A stretch of 64,000 nucleotides of DNA, from positions 560,001-624,000 of the forward strand of contig NC_045697.1 in NCBI RefSeq assembly GCF_009834535.1. Direction: 5' to 3'. How positions within the stretch are numbered: the first letter of the stretch is position 1; the number at the start of each line of letters is the position of its first letter. Of the stretch, positions 41,180 through 51,900 are shown piece after piece. The position numbers and the translations under genes are program-made. This DNA comes from Camelus ferus (taxonomy: Eukaryota). The notes under the pieces are model-generated. The model had not been told where the DNA came from. It saw only the letters and a list, made by a program, of their open reading frames with translations, and searched no databases.

Positions 41180-42560
41180 GGCGGCTGGACCGTGGGTGCC
41201 ACCTGGGGGCCCTGGCTGTGCGAGGAGCAGACGCCCAGCCCGTGTCCCGCCTCCGGGACGCTGGCCACAGGCAGGCGGGAGGTGAGCCAGGGGAGGGTCC
41301 CTGCGCTGACGTCAGACCCGGGAAGTGGACCGCGCAGGTGACGCTCGAGCCGACAGCGGGGGAGCAACCCTTCGAGAAGCGCCGGGGGCACCTGCCGAGA
41401 CCCCCCGCCCGATCCCGTCCTCCAGGCGGCGCGTGGGCCCAGGTTTCCGGCGTCCCCGGAGAAACGCGCAGAGGCGCCCACCCAGGAGTCCAGTCGCAGG
41501 GGCCGGGCGCTGGGACCGCAAACCTGCCCCTCACCAACGCGGCCGCGCCACAAAGGCGAAGCGCGCACCCCTCGGGCCGGCCCCGCCCCGTCACCCGCGC
41601 CCGCGGCTCCTTTAAGGACTTGCTGCGCCCGCCCGCCTCCTTTTTCTCGCGCGTCGCCCTCCCCGACTGCCCCGCCCGCGACGGGAGCGCGCCTTGCGTC
41701 ACCGCGCAGACCTCGGCCTCGACCCCGCGTCCGCGCCTCCGGGTCAGGGCCAGCCACTGGTGGAGGAGCTCGAGGGGCACGTGATAGGAGGTGGGCGGGG
41801 ACTCCTACGGAAGGGGCAGGCCGAGGTTTAAGTGGCCGCGTCGCCCGGGCCAGAGCGAGCCAATGACCGTAGGGATCTGGGGGCACGTGAGGGCGGCGGG
41901 CCCTTCGCCGGAAGGGCGGGGCGAGGCGGAGGCGAGCGGCCGGGTCGCCGGTAGGTGCCGAGGTGGCCGCGCCGCCGGGCGGTGGTCGCGTTGCGGGGCC
42001 GGAGAGGCGGGATCGGAGGCGAGCGCTCTCTCCAGGGCGCCCCCTTCGTCCTTCCCCCGGGACGCCCCCTCTCCCCTCTCCCAGGGCGCCCCTCCTCCGT
42101 CCCGCGGGGCCGGCCGCGCCCCGGTCTCAGGGACGCGGGCCGAGTCGACCCTGACGGGTCCGTGGGCGGCGAGGGCGGCGGGAGCGCTCCAGTTGCCGAT
42201 CGTGTGCTGAGCCGGCGTCGGCGGTGAACGTTGCGGTCAACGAGCACGCCTGTGCGCACTGGCCCAGCTCCTCCTTCCACCCGGTGAAGCCGAGCTCTGC
42301 AGCCGGCCCGGCGTCCTCGCCGCCCCCGGCTCGGTTGGCGCCGAGCGGCGCGGCCCCTCCTTCCCGCCACCGCACCTGCCTCTAGGAGGCTCTCCGTGCG
42401 CAGGTCCAGTCGCAGCATCTCGCCCTGCGGTCCGGAGGCCGCCTCGTGGCCTGTGTCGAGCAGTAGTGCCGGCGGGGAAGGTGCGGCCGTCCTGGGAAAG
42501 CGAGCTTGGTGTCACTTGGACAGCCTCTTCCCTTGGCCTCGCGGAGCCTGCCGCGCCTGT
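41180..42560 (+). promoter_or_regulatory. UVSSA: UVSSA CpG-island promoter and probable non-coding first exon (candidate donor CCG/gtaggt at 41951)
   Basis: Dense CpG; CRE TGACGTCA 41307-41314 next to ETS-like gggaagtg; two E-boxes CACGTG (41778, 41884); CCAAT ~41860; GC boxes. The first coding exon starts with an acceptor 2 nt before the ATG, which implies an upstream exon. Confidence 0.8.
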
Positions 42561-42822
42561 GTGGCGTGGCCCTCCAGAGCTCACGTTCTGTTGTTGCCCT
42601 TTCCTTTTTTTTCCTGATGACCACCGAAGAGGCCTCGTTGGCCTGGCCCGGACTCTCACCCTGAATTGTATTTCAGCCCTCAGGGGTCATCTCACAGAGG
42701 CCAGGGCGTGAGGACCCCAGCCTGGCACCCACGCCCCAACGCCAGCACACAGTGCAGCCCAGCAAACGTTTGCTAATAAAGCTGAGGTGGTTATTTAGCG
42801 TTTGCATTACGTGTTTCTAGAT

Positions 42823-42920
42823 ATGGATCAAAAACTCTCAGAGTTGGTAGAAGAGCTCACAACTTCAGGGGAACCCCAACTGAATCCTGAAAAAATGAAG
42901 GAACTGAAGAAAATTTGCAA
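42823..42920 (+). CDS. UVSSA: UVSSA first coding exon
   Basis: tttctag/at[35 protein letters not shown](K); AA/gtatgt. Confidence 0.96.
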
Positions 42921-45900
42921 GTATGTCTTATAAAGTCCAACGTTTTACGGGGACTGTCTGGCTGAGCACATCCGTGACAGCCCTGGGAGACTGTGGGGCT
43001 TCCCCTGGGGGGTCAGCGCGCCCCTGCCTGCCCCCACGCTCCCCCCTCTGCTGGGAAAGACCAGCACAGGACACACATACGACGCTTCCCCAGAGCCAGC
43101 AGCGCCCAGCCCCTGCAGGCGGTCGTGTTTTGGGCAGTGGTCCCAGGGTGGGGGAGAACACATTCAGGCTGTGGTGGTGTCTGTTTTCTGTGTGTGTGTG
43201 TCCTTGAGCGCTCCTGTGTGACTTGTAGGTTGGCGCGTGTCTTTCTCTTTATTGTTGGAATATGTGGGGGGTACGTGGGGGGAGGCAGGTTAGAGGTCAC
43301 AGGAGCCGGGCTCCGCAGGGCCTGTCTGTCTGTCCTTAGAAGGCGTCTGTCTCTTCCACTGCTGAGAGCCTCTCAGACGTTGGGAACTTAAGCTGAGGAG
43401 GTTTACTGATTATCCTTGTGGTGTATTTACGAAACAGGAGAACTTAACAAGTGATTACATCTTGATGCAAAGATTTTAGCTCATATCAGGTTTTGCTGCG
43501 TGCTCTGGAAAGTCCCCCAACAGCAGGGCTTATGGGGGACAGCTAGGAAGAAGGGCAACAGGAGAGGCAGGGTGCACACCAGCCCTGCCAGGGCCACTCT
43601 CAGAGGCCCACAGAGCTTCCCAGGGGGCTGGGAGGTGTGGCCAACCTCTACTAGCCATGAGCGAAGGGGTGTGGCTGGGTCCCAGTGAAACCAGGAGCAC
43701 TCACACTGAACTTCACATAGTTTTCACTTGCCACAAAGTGTTATTCTGCTGATGTAATCAGAGTAAAAACCACTCTTGGCTGGTGGGCCATACAGAAGAA
43801 GGCTGGGCCAGATTTGGCCCAAGGACAGTAGATGGTCCATTCTGCTTAGGAAAAAGAGGAAAGGGTTGTGAGAGGGCCTGCATCCCTCCCACTTGTGGAG
43901 CCAACTTGTCCCCTGAGCGTCAGGCGCTCGGTGAGGACGACTTCTGTCCCCAGGTCTTCCGAGGAGCAGCTCAGCCACGCCTACCACCTGCTGATGGCCC
44001 AGCTGAGCCAGGAGCACGCCCAGGTCCGCCTCTCCGCCTTCCAGGCTGTGGACGAGCTCTTCACCAGGTCTCACCAGTTCAGGATGCTGGTCGTTTCCAA
44101 CTTCCAGGAGTTCCTGGAGCTTACGCTGGGCACAGACCACGAGCGGCCGCTGCCGCCGCCCCGGGAGGTGGCGCAGAGGCTGAGGCGGGCCGCCACCCGG
44201 GCCGTCCGCAGCTGGAGCGAGACGTACGGCGCAGCCTATAAGAAGCTGGCCCTGGGCTTTCACTTCCTACAGCACAACAAGCAGGTGGGCCGGCCCCGCG
44301 CTCCGCTGCTCTGCCCGGGCGGGGAGACCTGCCTGGGCCCTGAGCCTGTGTCCCCTGCGCCAGCCTGGCAGTGACCAGCAGGGCGGTTGGGGGTGGGGCT
44401 CCCAGGACTGGAGAAGCAGCTTTGCCTGTGGGTGGAGCTGAGCCTTGGGACCTGTTTTCCACCAAAAGGTGAAAAAAGAGGATGAGAGTCCGCTGCGCAG
44501 ACGCAGCCCTTCGCTGCGTCTCCTGCACTTGGGGGGCCATGCTGCACTGTGACTTCCTGTGTGGGTCCACTGAGGGCTCTGGCCGGCGTTGGGTGGACGA
44601 AACGCCCCCCCCCCCCCGGGACCGTCTTCAGCCACCCTCCCCCAGCTGCCTGGCCTGCTCTTGGCCTGAGGGCGCTGCCTTCCCGTCGCTCCTCTGGGGT
44701 GCACTCTTGGGTGCTGTTCTCAGGCCCGTGGTTGCGGGCCGGCAGCCTCCCCTCCCGCTAATTGGAGTGAGTTTGCCGCCTTGCCACCCACAGCATACTT
44801 GGGGGCTGGAGAGCTTTTTTACCTCTTACTTTCCTAGGAAACACCACTGGTTGTGTTTTTAACAGATGTTAAACGTCAGAGTTGAATTTTAAGAGTTTTA
44901 TACTTTAAAACACTGTACGTGAACTCGAGATCCGTAGAGTTTCTGGCCAGATGTTAGTGTGTCTTTTCTGAGGCCCTTTCTTGACTCTTGTTTCCTTTGG
45001 GTCCTTTGTCGTCAGGTCTAACCTTTATCGACACTTCTCAGGTGGATTTCCAAGATGTGAACGCCAGGACCCTGGCAGAGAGAAAGCGAGAAGAGGAGAA
45101 ACGGCACCGCTTGGAGCGGATCTACAGGGAACGATCTGAGCGGGCGGCCAGGGAGATGGAAGGTGAGAGGTCGGCCTAGGGGTGCCCCACCCACTGCCAC
45201 ACCTTCCTAGGCGGTGCTTGCAAGCCTGCTTCCAGCTTCCATCCTCCCATCCGGGCTGTTCCTGGCGAGGGTAGGGGGCAGAGCTCAGGGCTTGAGGGAT
45301 GGGGTGGAGGGAGGGGCCCCTGCAGGCCATCCACGCCTCTCCTGCGGCTCCTGGCGGTCACACTTGGGAAGTGCACCCCTCCGTGGTCTGAACCTCCAGG
45401 TCCATCTCATGGTGTCTTTGGTCTTGCCAGCTTCCTTCCCAAGCCCCCAACATTTGCCTCTGGCAGCTGGTTCTTCCTGTGAGGGGCAGCCAGGGTGTGA
45501 GCAGCTTGGGAGGTGGCCTGGGTGAAGGCACTTCCCAAAGCCTGGCCTCAGGAAGGCTGCAAGGCAGGGAGAGCTGGTCCACCCTGGGGAAGTCCCGGGC
45601 GAGAAGCGGTCAGGGTGGGATGGCGGAGGTGTGCTTGGGCTCGGGGGAGGCCCTGGCCACTCCCTTCCGCTGGTTCCGCCCTGGCAGCCTCTAGCTGGGT
45701 GTCCACAGATGCGCCACCAGCCCCGTCACAGCTTAGGTCAGCGCCTGAAAGTGGTAATCCAGCATGTCGCAGAGAATGGCTTTGCTGCGGCCAAGTGGGC
45801 GGTCTCGAGCTGGTCACCCAGGGGCCCTCCCTTTGACGGCCCTGCTCACCATGTTTCTATCCTACCAGAAATGTCTGGGGAAATCCACAGCTGCCTCACG

Positions 45901-48900
45901 GAGGTGGAGAGCTGCTTCCAGCTGCTCGTGCCATTTGACCTTGACCCAAGCCCAGGGGCCGCTTTGCCTGCCATGGCCTCCACTGTGGCCTCAGCTGTGG
46001 CCCGGGAGGGTCCCCACGACCTTGAGGATGAGGAGCAGCCCTGCTGCAGCAAGGCCCTGGCTGCCTGTGCCCCCCTCCCAGGAGCTGTTGGTGTGGAGGG
46101 GCCCTCGGAGGACGAGGACAGCGACCAGGAGGGGTTCGTGCGGTGCCATGGGCTGGGCTCCCACAAGTACACGCTGGACGTGGAGCTCTCCTCAGGTAAC
46201 GTCTCTCTTGTCCTCCACCCAGGCTGCGCTCACACCATGCCTCCTTGGCTCCGGATCCCTGGCTTCTCGGGGCCGGGAGGCAAGGGGTGAAGGAGGGGTG
46301 GGGGTGACTCAAAGCTTGGGAGTCCTGTGCCCTAGGCCCTCGTTGTGACACAGTCCTGGCCATGATGGCAGGCTTGACTCCGAGTGATGGGGGCCCTGGA
46401 AAGGGGTCAAAGAGTGGCTGGAGGAAGACATGATTGAGAAACAGCCTCTTGCCACTCGTGGTTCGCTGGTGCATGGGGTGTGGTTGGGGCTGGAGGGCAG
46501 CAGGGCTCTGTAGCTGTGGAAATACCTGTCTCCCTCAGGCACCTTGAATCCTATAAGCACTAAGGAGCTTACTGCCATGTGGCTGGGGGCTGGGGACGCA
46601 GCTGGCTCGCAGGAGGTGGGGGGCCCGGGTGCAGATCACTGGGATGGTGGGGCTTGGAGGGGGGGCTTGGAGGGGGGGCCTGGGGCCAAGGGGCGGGTGG
46701 GGCCTTCATCCTGAGAGCAGTGCAGGGAAGGTCCCTGGTCTGCCCAATGTGTGAGAAGGCATTGGGGTCAAGGCAGCGAATCTCTTTCTGGGGCCAGATC
46801 TGGGGTCCCGGGCAACGTGTGGCCGGATGGGGTGTGGGGCAATATGGTGGCCCTGTCTGAGGTGCCCAGGTGCCTACCCAGGTAGTGGTGGTCCTGGTGA
46901 CCCACATATGTGTTGCAGACAGCCTGAGGGTGCGTGAGGACGAGGACAACTTTGCCGTCATCCAGGCAGCCCGGGACGCTCTGAGGCTCATCCAGAACAA
47001 GTTCCTGCCGGCTGTGTGCTCCTGGGTCCAGGTGAGGCGTGTCCCCCAGCTCAGGCCAGGTTTGGGGGTAGGGGCAGCTTTGGGGAGGGAGGGCACCTGG
47101 CCTGCCGAGTGACACCCCGTTCTTGCAGCTGTTCACCCGCACGGGGACCCATGGTGGGCACTTGGAGGGAGCCATTGACCTAAAGGCGGAGCTGGAAACT
47201 GCCCTGAGGCGGTCCCGTGAGCTGGACATCTCACCCGAGGTGGGCTGCAGGAGGCAGGTGAGTGCCGCTAGCCGGCCGTGGGGACCGCAGGGGCCCTCCT
47301 CTCTCACCCTAGCTCAGCCTTCTAAGGAAGCAGACGTCCCTGGGGGCTAGGCATGTTCTGGTTTCTTCCTCACTGGGGCCTGACTTCCCCAAGTGGGAGC
47401 TCTGAACTAAGGGACCAGAGGCCACAGCCAGGCCCTCCCCGTGGACGCAGGGGCTGGGATGGGGTCTGAGCAGGCGGGGCAGTGAGGGGAAGGGGCGAGT
47501 TGGGTGGAGGCCTTAAGGGGGAAGATCAGTAGCGAGCTTCAGGCTGGAGGTCCTTCTGTCTGCGTTGTGGCTGAAGCTGCCTGCGGGGTTCAGAGTCAGG
47601 ACGTCTCCCTCCTGGCTTATGCAGAGGCCCAGGGCGAGTGAGCTGGGTGGATGTGGGGACTGGTGCCCATTTTGGGGGGCGGGGGGAGGAGCTCTAGGCC
47701 AGACATCTGCTGGGCGTGTGGCGCTGCCTCTGAGGCCCTGCATGGTTTGGGAAGGGGGAGGCCCTCTGCTGGCTGTGTCCCCAGCGAGGCAGGGCGCGTG
47801 GAGAGACCTGTGGGCCTGATGCAGGGGCCCTGAGGGCTGGGCAGGGGTGAAGCCACTTGCTCTGGGACACTGGGTGCCTGTGCATCCAGGCCCCTCCTGT
47901 TGGCTCACGCCAGGACCTGGACTTGTGTGTTCGAAAGGGACCCTGAGAGAGCTGGGTCCTCCGAGGTGTCCCTGGGGGTGCTACCTGGAGGGAGCAGCCA
48001 CAGATGGACCCCATCAGCCTCTGGTCGGAAGCCAGGAATCAGACGTCAGTGCACCCACACGGTAGGGCCACCCCAACCCTGAACTGGGGGAGGCCCCTGA
48101 GTGAGAGGAGGGGTCAGGAGGAGGCCCTGAGAGGGGAGGGCACCGTTCCCGTTGAGGGAAAGATGGAGTTCGAAGCCCCTCGGATTTGGAGTGGGAGTGG
48201 TTGGCACCCCGAGCCTGGCGCCGAGTCCTCGCTGCTGGGGGTTAGGGTTAGGGTTAGGGTTCGGCATGGGTCCTGTGGGAGCGACGAGCCACTGTCCGCC
48301 TACACTTGCAGGTGTACGGCCCCCGGGGGCCGCCAGGGGGCGACCCTGCCTTTCTCCCGAGCCGCGTGGGCGCGGGCAGTCAGCGTGGCGGCTGTGGACT
48401 AAACAGGAAATAAGTTAGTTCTGTGAATTTCGACCAAGTTTCTTGTTTTACAACGAAGAGAGTGTTTTCTGGTTGGGGGAGGAGGACTGCCCCGGCCAGC
48501 ATGGCCTGGCAGGTCGGGGTACTTTACTTCTGAGCCTCGGGGGACGCCAGGTTGCCGTGCCGGGCGGGGTGCCGGGCGGGAGGCCGGGCGCCTGAGCGCA
48601 GCCCCAGAGCCGCAGGCCGCCGGCCGGCTCCGCGGGGCGACTGCGCGCGGCCCCCGTCAGGCTCCGCGCGCTGGTTCCCGGAGCCCCGTGCCCCCCGCCG
48701 GCGGCTGCGGGGACCCGTCGCCCGCGTGGCGGCTGGGCGGCTGAGGGGCTCCGCAGGCCCGCTGCCCAGAATAGACACGGCGGCGGCGGTATCTGCGCAT
48801 CTGCGCCCGCGCCGCGCGCCGCGGGTGTGAGATTTATCGACCAGCGTCCCTGGCTGGTTTCCCCGTGAACCGTCCGCGGTCTGACTCCTCCCCCTGCCGC

Positions 48901-51900
48901 TTCCCCACTTGGCTCGGCGTCCTTCGGACCTGCCGGCAGAGCGGGGAGCGCTGATCAGCAGCGTGTGGTCCAGGATTTTGGAGCCGGACGAGCGTGTGAC
49001 GCCTGGACCGCGGTGTGACGGCCCTGCGCACACAGGCGGCCCCGTCGCGCCGAAGGCGTGGGGCGTGCTCTCCCCGCGGCCTCCTGCCGACGTGCCTTTT
49101 TTTACGATTCCCCTTTTCTGTCTTTGGTGCCTTGCTTTCTACACTGTTTTCCTTCTGACTTAGGTGTTTTGTCCTTAAAGAACATTTAAGCCAGTTTTAG
49201 TGTGTGTGACTGCTTGTTTTATGGAGGGTCTGCCCAGCGCCCTGTGGACGTGGTGGGGGATAAATCTTCACCAGGTCAATACGGAGCACTGGTTGGTGGA
49301 TTTAGTTTCCAGCCCCACTGTTAGAGGAGACGTGTAGTGATCGGAGGCTGCTATGTTCATTAAACTGATAAAAATCCTTTCAAAGCTTTTTAATTGCCTG
49401 CTGTTTAATTACAGAGCAAAGACCACTTACTTCATATCGTGTAGTTAATGAAATATTAGTCTCCCACCAACCAGTAAGTCAGAAAAAAAGTCTGAGCGCC
49501 AGTCTGTTCAAGCTGTCGGCGGCATGGGCGTTTTGCTCACTGGGCTACACGTTTCCACGCCGCGCTGCCTGCATGGACGCCCCTTCTCACTAGCTGGGCT
49601 AGCGTGGCAGCCGCGTAGTTTTTAGCTCAGGCACACCCTCACTCTCTGCAAAAGCAGACAGAGCTTGAGCCTCTGGACTCTGGGAGAGGTCTTTCTGTTG
49701 TTTGCCTGCTGCCTTTAGGACCACCTCCCAACCCATGCACCTGGGCGGTGCGTGGGGTCCACCACCAGCACGAGGTGGAAGCAAGGCAGCTCCCGCACAT
49801 TGGACACATTTCTGACTGCTGGGGCCGAGTGCTGGCAGCCTGCAGGTGAAAAGGAGAGCGGGAACCCAGGGAATGAAATGTTGACCCATCGGGCACCCAG
49901 AGAGGCAGGGAAGCTAAATCAGCCAACTGACCGGCAGGACCTTGTACTGAGCAGGGCCAGTAAACAACCTTCCTGGTGACGCGCTCCCTCCATCACCTTC
50001 ACACTGAAGGCTGCACTTGAGGGCTGGAGCTGGGGGAGGGGTCTGCCCGTGTTCTCTGGCGGAGCTCTCAGCTGCTGGGGACCACCCTCTCCACCCGCAG
50101 CCCCTGCGTGCTTCCTGCCCACAGCGTATCCGCCCAGCATCCTCCAGGATGGCCCTCTCCTCTGAACCTGTTCACATGTGGTTCCCATAATCGCAAAATC
50201 AGGCCTGTGGGGAGATTCTGTTCTCACCCGCATTTTACAGATGAGAAGACTGAGTCTGGGGGAGTTTGTGAACCTTCCCGCTGAGGCCAGGCTGCCACAC
50301 CAGGAATCCTAGGAGGTCTAGCTGTGGGGGAGGGCATGGTAGTCGTTGGGGCAGCAACCAGGGCTGAGAGCCAGCCCCGCAGGATGTGGTGTCGGTTACA
50401 GGAGGTGCAGGCAGTGCCCCCGCTCTGCATCCACTCACACTGGCAGCACTGAGGCCGCATCTTATGGGAATCCAGCCGTGAGGCCTGGTGGGGGCACCCG
50501 GGGAGAGGGAGCTGCTCATCTGGGTGCAGCACAGACTCAGGCCACCCAGCCTCGGCCTAGAAACAGACGTCCAGACGTCCAGTTGACCCAGAGCGGCAGC
50601 GGCCTCCTTGTGCACCGCCGAGCAGCTCCCAGGGCTTGGCCTGTTCAAGCCTCACTCCCTCTATGACGGCCACTCTGGGCCGGGTGCCTGGCTGCCCTGG
50701 ATCCCAGACCCCCGTGTGTGCTGTCCCCAGTGCCTGCGTGGCCACCTCCATCCTCTGCCCTCTGAGGTGCGCCCACTGCAGAGATGCACATGAGATACTG
50801 GCTGGGCTGGGCGATTTGCACGGCCTTCCAGGGAGGGCATTAGCATATAAATAGCAGCCGTGGCGACGACCACCACAGCTGAGCACGTTTAATTTTTAGT
50901 TTATAAGATAGAATGGGGTTTTAAATGCGTTGCCATCAAGCCGCGGAGACAAATGCAGCTTTGAGCTTACTTGTCTGACGAGGCCTTACATCATTTTTTT
51001 AAAAAAAGGGAAACAGACACACATAAAACTGAACAAAAGTGATTTCTTGGGTGGAAAACAATAGAGATGGCGCCCCGAGTTAATCAGGTTGCGCGGGATT
51101 TGTTTAGTGGTCCAGCCATGTCTTGGTCTGCCCCGGCCTGCAGACTCTTCCCAGCCTCCTCCGGTAATTAGCATCCCGCTACCTGCTTCCGTAAACTGAT
51201 TACATTGTATATTTTAGCCGTTCTGTTGCCTGTTTAATTATGATCACAGAACCTCATTTTTCTAAATCCTTTTAACTGTGGGTGAGAGTCCATTTGAATG
51301 AAACCGGACGGAGGCCTGGGGCCGCCTCTGGAGGCCTCAGTCCAGGGGGCTGGCCTCTCCCAGAGCCTCCGGCCCCCAGGCCCCAAGGTCTTCACCTGTT
51401 AGGGAGGTGGGCGAAGGCCCTGGGTGGGTGGGCTTGGTGGGGCCTCTGGGCCCCCAGGTGAGGGGCGGGGCTGGTTTCCCCAGCGTATTCTGTGATGTTT
51501 CATCAGGACTGGGAAGCCCAGCTCCCAGCAGACGGCTCCTGAGAACAGTTAGTCTGACCCCACGCTAAAAGCTGCCCACCTTCACCGATTCCTCCTCGGG
51601 CCGGTGACCTCCTTCCCAGCTCCTGGCAGTGTCCACACGCCCCTGCTCTGCCCCCAGCGTCTCCCTACCCGCACCCAGTGCTGCCTTTTGACCCAGTCTG
51701 TGCCCTTGAACCTTGAGGGAATTGCCACCACACTGCCCTGGAGCCCTGGGCGGGCCCTTCAGTGTGCTCGGTGGAGTCTTCCCTGCGGCCTCAGTTTCTC
51801 CAGCCACATGCTCCTCCAGAGCCTGGGAGGCCTGTCTGGCCTGGCTGGTGGGTTGCTTCCTCCCTCTGAACAGGCACTTGGTTGCCCGGCGTCGCGGCCA

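Noticed and set aside
40998..42711. Many 140-260-aa ORFs on both strands at the UVSSA promoter
   Set aside because: CpG-island artefacts without domain-like sequence.
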